Shown: positions 1 through 8,795 of the stretch, one piece after another | How the letters are laid out: every line of letters starts with the position of its first letter | Position numbering within the stretch: position 1 is the stretch's first letter | Source: Myxococcota bacterium | GTDB lineage: Bacteria; Myxococcota_A; UBA9160; SZUA-336 | DNA length: 64,000 bases | Direction: 5' to 3' | Assembly (NCBI GenBank): GCA_965247115.1 | Contig: CBDFGR010000003.1 | Coordinates: forward strand, 1,664,001-1,728,000 | Notes under the pieces: generated by a model | What the model was told of the DNA's origin: nothing | Databases searched by the model: none | The model's input: only the letters and a program-made list of their open reading frames with translations | Position numbers and translations under genes: made by a program

Positions 1-1514
1 ATGCCCGTCGCGCCCATCCCTTCCGCGATCTTCGCGTAGCTCCCCGTCATGTGGGAGACGCCATAGACCTCGCGCGCGGTCGGAAACCCGCCGGGATAAG
101 TCGCCATGCCCCCGTTGTTGAGCACGACGGTGGTTATCGGAGCTCCCGCTCTCACGGAGGTCTCGATGTCGAGACCGGACATTCCGAAAGCGCCGTCGCC
201 CATCAGATTCAGACAGAACTTGTCGGGATGGGCGAGCTTTGCCCCGATCATCAGAGGGATGCCGAAGCCCAGATGAGTCGTCTTCCCCCAGCCGACATAG
301 CTGTGGGGAGTTGTCGCCGTGTAGAACGGCACGTTGGAATCGCGGGGTGCGCCCGCGTCGTGGGTCACGATGCTGTTCTCGCGATCGAGCCCCTGGTCGA
401 TCTCGTGGATCACGCGGTACGTGTTGAGCGGCTCCTCGTCGGATTCGAGCAGGGGCCTCCATTCTTCTAGCCACCTGGATCGGAGCGAGGCGATCTCGGC
501 CTTAACCTCGGCCGCATCCCCGACTCCCTGCTCGCCGATCTCTGCCTTGATCGCGTCGAGCAGGGCCAGAATCGTCAGCTTCGTGTCGCCCACCAGGCCG
601 ATGTCGATCGACTGGTCCTTGTTGATCTCGTCGACGTTGTGCGTGTTCTGAATCAGGGTTTTCCCTGGCCGGACGCGCTGGGCGTAGAACGTTCGCGTCA
701 GGCTCGAGCCGAGGCACAGCATCAGATCGCACTGCTCCAGCCACTGTCCGGCGGGCAGGGTCGTCATCATGCTGCCGGCCCCGAGCGCCAGCGGATGGGT
801 TTCGTTGATTGCGGACTTTCCACCCATCGTGCAAAAGACGGGCGTGCCGGTCAGCTCGGCCAGCTCGCGCAGCTCGTCGGTCGCGCCGCCAAACAGAACG
901 CCCGCGCCCGCCCAGATTACCGGCTTCTTCGCCGCGAGAAACGCCCTTGCCGCATCCTGGATGTCGCTCCGCGAGGGCTGCTGGCGAAAAGACTTGGGCG
1001 ACCGGTAGTTCTGACCGGCCTCGGGCACCTCCTCGGTGCAGACGTCCGCCGTCAGCTCCACCACGACGGGCCCCGGCGCTCCGTTCCGGAGCGCGTGAAA
1101 CGCGCGCCGCATGACGTCGCCGATCTGGCCCGGCTCGTAGATGGCCTCGACCCGCTTGACGATCCCCTGGTAGTTGCGCGTCGCCACGAAGTTGGGCCGC
1201 ACATCGATCTGATTGCGGAACACTCCCCCGGGAAGCACGAGAATCGGGATGTTGTCGGCATAGGCCTGCGCGATTCCCCCCATGGCATTCTCGGCCCCCG
1301 CCTGGGATTGCAACGTCACCACACCGAAGCGCTCGCGGTCGCTGGTGCGGCTGAAGCCGTCGGCTGCCATCACCGCGCCGCGCTCGTGGCGGAACATGAT
1401 GGGTCGGATGCCCTGCTTCGCGGCCGCCTCGATCAGGGGGTTGCTGGGGAAGCAGGTCAGGGTCTCGACGCCCTCTTGCTTGAGGATGCTCGCGACGTAG
1501 TCATTCCCATTCAC
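1..1514 (-). CDS. Thiamine pyrophosphate-dependent enzyme, acetolactate synthase-like (3' end runs off the window)
   Basis: Not in the ORF track because it has no stop in the window. Manual translation from GTG at 1514 (GAAAGGA RBS upstream): MNGNDYVASILKQEGVETLTCFPSNPLIEAAAKQGIRPIMFRHERGAVMAADGFSR...AENAMGGIAQAYADNIPIL, a TPP N-terminal domain with RHE motif. Confidence 0.85.
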   Translation of the reverse strand, partial: MNGNDYVASILKQEGVETLTCFPSNPLIEAAAKQGIRPIMFRHERGAVMAADGFSRTSDRERFGVVTLQSQAGAENAMGGIAQAYADNIPILVLPGGVFRNQIDVRPNFVATRNYQGIVKRVEAIYEPGQIGDVMRRAFHALRNGAPGPVVVELTADVCTEEVPEAGQNYRSPKSFRQQPSRSDIQDAARAFLAAKKPVIWAGAGVLFGGATDELRELAELTGTPVFCTMGGKSAINETHPLALGAGSMMTTLPAGQWLEQCDLMLCLGSSLTRTFYAQRVRPGKTLIQNTHNVDEINKDQSIDIGLVGDTKLTILALLDAIKAEIGEQGVGDAAEVKAEIASLRSRWLEEWRPLLESDEEPLNTYRVIHEIDQGLDRENSIVTHDAGAPRDSNVPFYTATTPHSYVGWGKTTHLGFGIPLMIGAKLAHPDKFCLNLMGDGAFGMSGLDIETSVRAGAPITTVVLNNGGMATYPGGFPTAREVYGVSHMTGSYAKIAEGMGATG

Positions 1515-1599
1515 GATCTGTCCTTTCACCGGGTTCTGTGCCCACAGTCTACACGTGGCTCGAACCCGGGAACGAATCCACCGTCGCGCCCTGAGTCGT

Positions 1600-1644
1600 T
1601 GTCTCCCCGGGAGGGACCCGAATCCCCGACATGGTGGCTAACAG
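1600..1644 (-). repeat. Degenerate direct repeat of the tRNA-Asn 3' half (att-like site)
   Basis: tgtctccccgggagggacccgaatccccgacatggtggctaacag matches 8796-8840 (tggctccccgggagggactcgaacccccgacctagtggttaacag) at 39/45 nt, same orientation; the match ends at the anticodon loop. Confidence 0.85.
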
Positions 1645-1686
1645 TTTGCGCCGCGCGTTCTTCTCGGCGGCCAAACGCGGCGAGAA

Positions 1687-1919
1687 TTAGAGGTGCTCTG
1701 GGTTCGTAACGGTGCGGGCCTCGCGGACCTCGCCCGTGTTCACGGTGGAGGCGGGCTCGAATAGCAAGACGTGAGCCTCGTGTGTAGCGACTGGTGCCAG
1801 ACAAACTCTCCCTCGAGCTTGCAGATCTTGACGTGCTGCCCGTTCAGCTCTGCGACGATTCTCGGGTTCCAGTGATCTTCGAAGCGCGAAAGCTTGTCAG
1901 CGAGATTGACCTTCTCCAT
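1687..1919 (-). pseudogene. Cupin-domain protein pseudogene with internal deletion and frameshift
   Basis: ATG 1919: MEKVNLADKLSRFEDHWNPRIVAELNGQHVKICKLEGEFVWH, then in another frame VATHEAHVLLFEPASTVNTGEVREARTVTNPEHL*. Both ends of a small cupin are present but the central metal-binding segment is missing. Confidence 0.8.
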
Positions 1920-1924
1920 CGCGG

Positions 1925-2125
1925 TCAGAGCTCCTGGCGTCGCTCCTCCAGGCTCGCATCGATCCCGCCTCCGAGTTCCATGAAGGCGAGATCTGTACCG
2001 GCTCGTTCAGAAAACGGGGTGACGGATAAGACGCCTTGAGCTCGAGCGGTTGCGGAGGCTAGAGAGAGACTGAGTAAAACGGGGGCCGTCAGCCACATCG
2101 GTGTAGAGAGGTTATTGGAGCGCAC
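1925..2125 (-). pseudogene. Probable truncated secreted-protein gene (signal peptide plus ~35 aa)
   Basis: GGAGGGAG RBS before GTG; signal-peptide-like LTAPVLLSLSLASATARA/QG; ORF ends after 66 aa. Confidence 0.35.
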
Positions 2126-2551
2126 CGCGGACTCCCTCCCGAGATATGGACGGGCCGATAGATAGTGAACGCTTCAGTATATACGGACGGAGTCAGCTCA
2201 GGCTCGGCCCCGGCGAAGCTAGCGGCCAGTCTCAGGGGCGGTTAACAGATCGTTCCGCCGAGATTCCGGCCGTATCTTTCAGGCGTCTCAACGTGCTGAT
2301 TCCTAGGGCTTTTCATGAGTGGCCGGGTTCCAGGGATCTCCAGGCTTGTCGCCCGATTTCCACCGGCTAGCCACGATGAGGCGACTGAACGCGGCACCAG
2401 CACAGCTGGTAGCGCTCTCGCCGCTGGCGTATGATGCAAGACGTATTTCGCGACGAACCCGTCAATGCGTGAGTGACGCCGCGCCGCGCCGGTCCGCGTT
2501 TTTGATGGGCCCAGCCGAGGCTGGAACCATCATTCGCACGAGGGGAGAGCA

Positions 2552-3781
2552 GTGCCAAGAGCGATCAGAGATCTCATGCCATCGGATCTCGAGTTCCAGA
2601 TGTTCGTTCTCGATGAGCTAGCCGATGAATTGATCAAGCAGGGCGCAGACGTTCTAAAGCTCACGATCGGCGTCACAGAACAGCCCATGCCCCAGAACGT
2701 GCTCGCGCGCATGGTCGACAAGCTCAACGATCCCGGATTCGTGCGCCGGGTGTATCCGGAGGGGCTTCCCGAGCTTCGCGAGGCGATCGCGAAATTCTAC
2801 GATCGTCGCCACGGGACAGATGTCTCGGCTGAAAATGTCATCGTCAATACCGGTAGTTCTCCCATCTTCCGCAACATCTTCCAGCTCCTGTCAGGGCCCG
2901 AATTCGAGATCATGATTCCGCGGCCCTATTACGCTTTGTACTTGTACTGCGCGACGTTGGCTGGCGCCAAAGTCAAGTTCTATGACATCGACGTCAACAC
3001 AAAGCGCGTCGACATGGATTCTTTCCGCCGGAACTTTTCACCGAAACGCACATCCCTCGTGGTGATCAATTCACCAGGCAACCCGGTAGGAAACATCGTG
3101 ACGCTCGACGAGATGCGAGATATCTATGAGATCGTCGATCACAACGCCTACGTCTTGAACGACGAGATCTACAACAACATGATGTTCTACGACGAGTTTC
3201 GCACGCCCCTGACGGCGTTGCCCCAGCACGAGGACATCACGATCGTAGCCAACAGTTTCTCGAAGGGTTACCGGATGTACACCAAGCGTGTTGGGTTCGC
3301 GATTCTGCCCGAAGAGCTGCAGAAACATCTGCGAGTCATTCAGCAGCACACGCTGCTGTGTACCGATCCGTGCTACCAGTACGGAATGATCGCCGCGCTC
3401 GAGGACGAGGAAAGCCCGGAGCAGCTCACCCGCCTCTATCGGTCCCGCGCGGAGTACACGACTCAACGCCTTACTGGTACGGGCTGTGAGCCGATTGCCG
3501 CCGAAGGTGGTTTCTACGCCATGCTGAGGTGCAAAGACTGGAATGCTATGCACGGGTTCGAGTCGTCAAAGGAGCTCGCGCGCGACATCCTGGAGAAGGT
3601 CCACGTTGCTGTGGTTCCTGGAACGGATTTCGGCGTACCAGATGATCTGCGTCTGGCCTTCTGCAATGCCCGCTACAGCGAGGGTATCGATCGGCTGCGG
3701 GAGTACTTCACCTCCTCTGCTGCGAGTGGGCGAACCGCCGGGACTCAGCGCAAGGCGGCAACCGCGAGTGCCTACGCGTGA
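2552..3781 (+). CDS. PLP-dependent aminotransferase, class I/II
   Basis: YPEGLPELREAIA, NSPGNPVG, DEIY, SFSKGY(R)...RVGF PLP-lysine motif, VAVVPGTDFG...LRLAF. Confidence 0.9.
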   Translation: MPRAIRDLMPSDLEFQMFVLDELADELIKQGADVLKLTIGVTEQPMPQNVLARMVDKLNDPGFVRRVYPEGLPELREAIAKFYDRRHGTDVSAENVIVNTGSSPIFRNIFQLLSGPEFEIMIPRPYYALYLYCATLAGAKVKFYDIDVNTKRVDMDSFRRNFSPKRTSLVVINSPGNPVGNIVTLDEMRDIYEIVDHNAYVLNDEIYNNMMFYDEFRTPLTALPQHEDITIVANSFSKGYRMYTKRVGFAILPEELQKHLRVIQQHTLLCTDPCYQYGMIAALEDEESPEQLTRLYRSRAEYTTQRLTGTGCEPIAAEGGFYAMLRCKDWNAMHGFESSKELARDILEKVHVAVVPGTDFGVPDDLRLAFCNARYSEGIDRLREYFTSSAASGRTAGTQRKAATASAYA

Positions 3782-5667
3782 CCAGCGATCTCGCAGAGCC
3801 AGTGGAGGCGTTTATCAGTGACGAAGCGCCCACTACGCCGAACGAACCGCTTAGCGTTCAACGCGCGATAGTCCTTGCTGCGGGTCGAGGCAGTCGCCTC
3901 CATGCATTGACGGGCGATGCCCCCAAGTGTCTGACCGAAATCGGCGGCGAGCCACTGCTCGAGCGCGCGTTACACGCGCTTGGCTCCCAAGGCATTACCG
4001 AGGCGGTGATAGTCATCGGCTACATGGGTGAGATGGTTCGCGATCGCATCGGCTCGCGTATCGCCGGAGTCGACATTCGCTATGTCGAGGCGCCCGACTA
4101 TGCAACGAGCAACAACATCCGCTCGTTGTGGGACGCACGGGACTACCTCGATCAGGACCTGGTTCTGCTCGAGGCCGATGTCGCTTTTGATCCGTCGGTC
4201 ATCGGTGCCTTACTCGCGCACTCCGGTAGCAGCGCCGCTGTCGCCCCGTATGACCTGGCACTATCCGGAACCGTGGTGCGACGTGACCGCAACGGTCAAG
4301 TCACGAGCTTCATCCTCGGCGCCGACCAGGGGCCGCAGTTCGATACCACTGATACCTTCAAGACCGTCAACATCTACGTGCTACGCGAGCAGTTGTTGCG
4401 CGAGCACGTGGTCCCACGACTCTGCAATGTGATCGATGCTGGCGACGTGAATGAGTACTACGAGAGCATTCTCCGCGATTGTGTGGCCGACCGATCCTGC
4501 GGCATCGACATGGCTGCAGTCGACGTCTCGTCGAGTCGTTGGGCCGAAATCGATGACGATCACGATCTCGACGCTGCCGAGTTTCTCTTCCTGGACCGCG
4601 ACGCGCAGTTCGATCGCGTCCAGAAGCTGCACGGGGCGTACTGGCGCTACGGCTTTGTTGACCACTCGTATCTGTACAACATGCACTTCCCTCCCGCCGA
4701 AATGCTCGATGTGTTCCACTCCCATCTTCGGGAGATCGTGACGAACTATCCCGTCGCGCAGACCGAGCTAGCGCGCCTCGTTGCCAACTGGACCGGTGCC
4801 AATCCGGATCACCTGGCGGTGGCCAACGGTGCCGCAGAGCTAATCAAAATCCTCGGCAGGCAGTTCGAACGCCGGCTCACGATCCCGACGCCTTCATTCA
4901 ACGAGTATGAGGAGGTCATTGATCCGCACGAACTCAATCGCTTCGCACTCGATCCGAAAACCTTCGAATTGGATGTCGACGCTTTCGCAGATTCGGCCAT
5001 ACGCTGGAAATCCGACACCGCGATCATCGTCACTCCGAATAATCCTACTGCCTTGTCGGTGCCGCGCGACGATGTGCTCAAGCTGGCGCGCTGCCTCGAA
5101 GTTAATGACTGCCGATTGATCGTCGACGAGTCATTCATCGAGTTTTCCCGTACCGGGGTTGCCGGCAGCGTCCAAGAAATGGTCGGAAATTGCGCCAACC
5201 TCGTCGTCATCAAGAGTATGAGCAAGGTGTTTGGGGTCGCTGGTGTCCGACTTGGCTATCTGCTGAGCGCCGACCATGCGTTCATTGCGGCCGTCCGCTC
5301 CAGCTTGCCTATCTGGAATATCAATGGACTGGCTGAGGAGTTTCTACGCACTGTTGGTCGCTATAGACGTGAGTTCTCTGAGAGCTGTGACCTGACTCGA
5401 GTCAGCAGCCAGGGGTTCTACGCCGACCTGCGGGGACTGCCAGGCATCGAGCCGATTGAGCCAGACGCGAACTTTATCCTCTGTAAACTGACGAACCCTT
5501 CCACCTACGGCCCGGAAATCGCACGCCGTCTGTACGTCGAGCACAACATTCTCGTGAAGGATTGCGCGGCCAAGAGTATGCCGGATGCCGATCGCTACCT
5601 GCGGATAGCATCGCGCACGCCAGCGGAGAATCACCACCTCGTTCAGGTGCTCGCAGCTCTGTTGTAG
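3778..5667 (+). CDS. Fusion of LicC-like nucleotidyl(cytidylyl)transferase and CobD/HisC-like PLP enzyme
   Basis: N-half: LAAGRGSRL...PKCL, NNIRSLW, WAEIDDDHDL. C-half: PSFNEYE, TPNNPT, VDESFIEF, KSMSKVFGVAGVRLGY, YLRIASR. GTGA overlap with the upstream gene. Confidence 0.88.
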   Translation: MTSDLAEPVEAFISDEAPTTPNEPLSVQRAIVLAAGRGSRLHALTGDAPKCLTEIGGEPLLERALHALGSQGITEAVIVIGYMGEMVRDRIGSRIAGVDIRYVEAPDYATSNNIRSLWDARDYLDQDLVLLEADVAFDPSVIGALLAHSGSSAAVAPYDLALSGTVVRRDRNGQVTSFILGADQGPQFDTTDTFKTVNIYVLREQLLREHVVPRLCNVIDAGDVNEYYESILRDCVADRSCGIDMAAVDVSSSRWAEIDDDHDLDAAEFLFLDRDAQFDRVQKLHGAYWRYGFVDHSYLYNMHFPPAEMLDVFHSHLREIVTNYPVAQTELARLVANWTGANPDHLAVANGAAELIKILGRQFERRLTIPTPSFNEYEEVIDPHELNRFALDPKTFELDVDAFADSAIRWKSDTAIIVTPNNPTALSVPRDDVLKLARCLEVNDCRLIVDESFIEFSRTGVAGSVQEMVGNCANLVVIKSMSKVFGVAGVRLGYLLSADHAFIAAVRSSLPIWNINGLAEEFLRTVGRYRREFSESCDLTRVSSQGFYADLRGLPGIEPIEPDANFILCKLTNPSTYGPEIARRLYVEHNILVKDCAAKSMPDADRYLRIASRTPAENHHLVQVLAALL

Positions 5668-5701
5668 CGCCCCTGAAAGGGCGCGGCCTAGGGAGAGGAC
5701 G

Positions 5702-6607
5702 ATGGAACGCGACGCCGAGAACGCCGCTCTCATGCAACACATAGAGCGGACGATTCCGCCGATGAACATCGCAGATGCCGAGCGACTGTTACGCGAGGCG
5801 AAGGGGATCTTCGATGACCACGGCGTGGTCTTCTTTCTCCGACAGGGCACCTGTCTCGGTGCGGTGAGAGATCAAGCGCTGATTCCGTGGGACGATGACC
5901 TGGACCTTGGCTCGATCATGGGCTTGCACGGCTTCACCGAGGAAGCGATCGAGCCCACGGTCGAGGCGTTTCGAGGCAATGGATGTTACGTCGAGGTTCT
6001 CCCCGAAGGCCTCTACACCTCGGTCAAGATCATGAAGTACCGGATCAGGATCGACTGGCAGTGCTACCGGGTGGTTAAAGGTACGATCGCTCATTACCCC
6101 GGCGTGCCATTTCCTGTCAGCCTATTCACCGAATTGAAGGAGGTCGACTTCATCGGCGGAGAATATCGCGTTCCCAGTCCGCCCGAGGAGTACCTCCGCT
6201 ACAAATACGGACCCGACTGGGTCACGCCCAAGCAAGCCGGCTACGAGAAAGATGTCCTCGACAACATGCCCGAGGGAACCGTTCCCGGCCGAGCCGGCTG
6301 GCTCAAGCAGTTTCTGGCTGTTCACCTTTCTCCACGCCGGACCGCGGTTCTGTTGGTGCTCGACGGCGACGGAATCCCAGTCCCGAATGCGAAGGTCCTG
6401 GTCGCGGGCATGTGTCGAACCAGGGCAAATCGAAAAGGCTACGCAAGGTTCTATCTGCCCGGACCAGACGAATACGCCCTGGCAATAACGGCGAACGGCC
6501 GCGAGGAGGTGCTCTATGAAGAGACACTGGCTCCGGGGAAGAAATATGTCTATCGACCTGACGCCAGCCAGTCTGCGGGGAGATATTTCGTGCTCGCCGA
6601 GGAATAG
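5702..6607 (+). CDS. LicD-family phosphotransferase with an extra C-terminal beta-rich domain
   Basis: GTCLGAVRDQALIPWDDDLDLG and VPSPPEEYLRYKYGPDWVTP are LicD signatures. C-terminal VLDGDGIPVPNAKVLV...GYARF resembles a prealbumin/carboxypeptidase-regulatory-like fold. Confidence 0.88.
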   Translation: MERDAENAALMQHIERTIPPMNIADAERLLREAKGIFDDHGVVFFLRQGTCLGAVRDQALIPWDDDLDLGSIMGLHGFTEEAIEPTVEAFRGNGCYVEVLPEGLYTSVKIMKYRIRIDWQCYRVVKGTIAHYPGVPFPVSLFTELKEVDFIGGEYRVPSPPEEYLRYKYGPDWVTPKQAGYEKDVLDNMPEGTVPGRAGWLKQFLAVHLSPRRTAVLLVLDGDGIPVPNAKVLVAGMCRTRANRKGYARFYLPGPDEYALAITANGREEVLYEETLAPGKKYVYRPDASQSAGRYFVLAEE

Positions 6608-6647
6608 AGCTGCGTAGTTGACCGACCTCTGGACCTTCTCGTTCTGG

Positions 6648-7233
6648 TCAAGCCGATTGCGCGGCCTTGGTGATCGTCGCGAACTCAGAGGCCACGCTGG
6701 GCCTTGCACTCATCGTCGTCATCCAGCGCTGTAGGTGCGTCCCCTGCGAGGGCGCGCAACCCAGGAATGAGGAAAAACTCACCATCATGAGCGTACCTAT
6801 GTCGGCGACACGCTCCTCGAATACCCTCCTCGGCATACGAGACGGCGTCGGAATCCCTATCCGATGTATTGGGCTTTCGAAACACCTCGCGGATCAGAAC
6901 CGTGACAAACTCCGTCAACTCGAAGTCCGCCTGGTCTTCGAGGACGCGACATCGCGCTCGTCCCTCTGGATCGGACGGCATGAGCGGAACGTCTGGGTAG
7001 CGCTCTTCCAGATAGTCGCAGATGACGGTTGAATCAGGGATCACCAGTTCGCCATCGATCAGCACAGGGACCTGTCCGCGTGGACTCAGGGCGAGAAAAT
7101 CATCGGGCTTCTCGCCCCACAGACTCGACCGAGTCCAGGCCACATCGTGGAGTTCGTAGGGGAGTCCCTTCTCCGCGAGCACGATGCGGACCTTCGCGCT
7201 GAATGGGCTGAGTGTTCCGGACCAGAGCTGCAT
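6648..7233 (-). pseudogene. Glutathione S-transferase, frameshifted by an internal deletion near 6815
   Basis: ATG 7233: MQLWSGTLSPFSAKVRIVLAEKGL...SPRGQVPVLIDG...DSTVICDYLEE (GST-N). The GST-C motif VADIGTLMMV...HLQRWMTTMSARPSVASEF is in a different frame (ORF 6648-6836). Confidence 0.8.
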
Positions 7234-7243
7234 GGTGTTCTCC

Positions 7244-7849
7244 TTATCCGCGATCAGCCGCGGTGGACAACAGCTGATCGAGTGCACGCCGCGCATGGGC
7301 GAACGCGTCGCCCTCATCGAGAAGCTCGCGGCGAAGATTGGCTTCCTGCGCAAGGGCGTGAATCTGAAATGCAAGTGTCTCCGGAGCGACATTTGCGCCG
7401 AACTCACCCAGTCGCTTCGCAAGTCGCGCCTGTTCGTTCAGCTCCTGAAGAAACCTTCGGGTATGACCAGCCACAGCGTCGCGGACAGGACCGGGTCGTC
7501 CTGCGAACGCTTGCCCTGCCGCAGCGAAAAAGCAGCCGCCGCGGTAGTCGATCGATTCGAGATGCTCGAGCCATGCGGCACAGAGGGCAGCCAGTCGAGG
7601 CAGGCCCGGTTCGGCCGCGGCGCCCGCGGCGACAAGGCTGATCGCATACGAGGACGCCGCGGCATCGACCACTTCGAGTTGGAGCGCCTCCTTGGATTCA
7701 AAGTGTGCGGCAACGCCAGCCTTCGTCAGACCTACCTCGCTGGCTATTCGGCTGAAGGAAAGGCTCTCGAGCCCTTCCGCCGTACTCAGATCCGTCGCTG
7801 CGGCGACGATCTCTCGCCGGCGACGCGCACCGTGCGTCTCTTCTTTCAT
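7244..7849 (-). CDS. TetR/AcrR family transcriptional regulator
   Basis: REIVAAATDLSTAEGLESLSFSRIASEVGLTKAGVAAHFESKEAL HTH; C-terminal GGCFF motif. Confidence 0.9.
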   Translation of the reverse strand: MKEETHGARRRREIVAAATDLSTAEGLESLSFSRIASEVGLTKAGVAAHFESKEALQLEVVDAAASSYAISLVAAGAAAEPGLPRLAALCAAWLEHLESIDYRGGCFFAAAGQAFAGRPGPVRDAVAGHTRRFLQELNEQARLAKRLGEFGANVAPETLAFQIHALAQEANLRRELLDEGDAFAHARRALDQLLSTAADRG

Positions 7850-7856
7850 TGACACC

Positions 7857-7878
7857 AAAGTACACGATCGTATAGTTT
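7857..7878. promoter_or_regulatory. Imperfect palindrome, probable TetR operator
   Basis: AAAgTAcACGA|TCGTaTAgTTT (9 of 11 pairs) in an AT-rich patch just upstream of the tetR start. Confidence 0.55.
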
Positions 7879-7928
7879 TTACAATACCTTCGTATCACTC
7901 GACGTGCCCCTCTCGAAAGGGTCATTCC

Positions 7929-8057
7929 ATGCGACTCCATACCCGGGGCCAACACACGCTGGCGACCGCTTTGATGCTCACCGCGATCGCAGGCGCGACT
8001 GCCTGCGACGCCAATAGGATCGTCCTCCGCCAGGCGATGGGAGGGTTCGTTGACTGA
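7929..8057 (+). pseudogene. Probable truncated lipoprotein gene remnant
   Basis: GAAAGGG RBS; MRLHTRGQHTLATALMLTAIAGATAC (lipobox-like) followed by only 16 residues. Confidence 0.3.
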
Positions 8058-8138
8058 CTGGGCGAGGGTTCGCTCGGGTTTCTCGGACACTGCGGTTTCC
8101 CGAGGCATGAGAGAGGGCCTAACGAGAGGACGAGATCT

Positions 8139-8489
8139 ATGAACCTGAAGAACGTCTACCTGTTGCTCACGATTGTCGGAGCACTCATTCCCTACGTCTT
8201 TTTCGTGCAGTTTTTCGCGGCCGAAGGCTCGTCGCTAGGCACCTTCATCCCAGCACTATTCGCAAACGGGGCCGCAGGCGGGTTCAGTGCGGATCTGCTG
8301 ATCACATCCATAACCTTCTGGATCTTCCTGTTCGCCCAGCGGACCCCACGGATCTGGGCGTACATTGCGGTGAACCTGGTGATCGGCCTTTCGTGTGCAG
8401 TGCCTGCGTATCTCTACGTGCAAGAGCGGTCACGGGAGGAGCAGCGAAGCCCTGATGTCTCCGCGCACGCGAGGGCAGGTGAACGGTGA
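8139..8489 (+). CDS. Small membrane protein, DUF2834-like
   Basis: YLLLTIVGALIPY...FANGAAGGFSADLLI...IGLSCAVPAYLYVQER; 3-4 hydrophobic segments; GAGAGGA RBS. Confidence 0.75.
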   Translation: MNLKNVYLLLTIVGALIPYVFFVQFFAAEGSSLGTFIPALFANGAAGGFSADLLITSITFWIFLFAQRTPRIWAYIAVNLVIGLSCAVPAYLYVQERSREEQRSPDVSAHARAGER

Positions 8490-8506
8490 GCGACAGCCGA
8501 GTCACA

Positions 8507-8632
8507 GTGGCGAGCAGCGAAGCTCCCATAACCTTCGGCGATAGGCTTCGGGCGTGGCGCAAGCAACGCACGCTGCGTCCCGCAGAAGAGCTCGGAGCTG
8601 GAAGGCGCCAAAGGCCCGAAGGCGGTTGTTGA
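8507..8632 (+). pseudogene. Possible XRE-family HTH remnant
   Basis: Manual translation: VASSEAPITFGDRLRAWRKQRTLRPAEELG... FGDRLR.WRK.R.L is a typical XRE N-terminus, after which the frame degenerates. Confidence 0.3.
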
Positions 8633-8768
8633 AGAAATCAGGGTGGCGATGGGAGACAGAGCTTCCGGCTCTTCAAGACACCTAAGGAGCTCGGGGTCTG
8701 AAGCTGATGTGGATCGGACTAACCGCTCGTGAGGCGCTTCGCACACTGAACGCGGTTACAGCGATGGC

Positions 8769-8795
8769 AAGAATCCGCCACGTGACTGGATTCTT
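8769..8795. other. Short inverted repeat abutting the tRNA 3' end
   Basis: aagaatcc (8769-8776) and ggattctt (8788-8795). Confidence 0.4.

Larger units (their letters stand above)
1645..8795. mobile_element. Decayed genomic islet integrated at tRNA-Asn (no integrase remaining)
   Basis: Bounded by tRNA-Asn and its 3'-half repeat. GC is visibly lower (spot count: line 5161 33/60 GC vs line 25141 42/60). Contains multiple gene remnants. Confidence 0.7.

Noticed and set aside
639..1709. 356-aa plus-strand ORF and other long antisense ORFs (10468-12150, 24502-26532, 29144-30730, 36400-38295, 41641-42921, 52944-54206, 56111-57712)
   Set aside because: Each lies opposite a gene with clear family motifs and has none itself; these are typical high-GC shadow ORFs.
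2223..2272. Hairpin containing ggttaacag (same as the tRNA-Asn anticodon-loop sequence) as a second att site or riboswitch
   Set aside because: Only a 9-nt match with no flanking tRNA similarity, and no recognisable riboswitch consensus.
2552..6607. Phosphonate (aminoethylphosphonate) biosynthesis cluster
   Set aside because: No PEP mutase or phosphonopyruvate decarboxylase in the operon, and both PLP domains have class I/II motifs rather than class V AEP transaminase motifs.
1645..8795. Integrase or transposase inside the islet
   Set aside because: No tyrosine or serine recombinase or DDE motifs in any listed ORF or in the gaps translated by hand.
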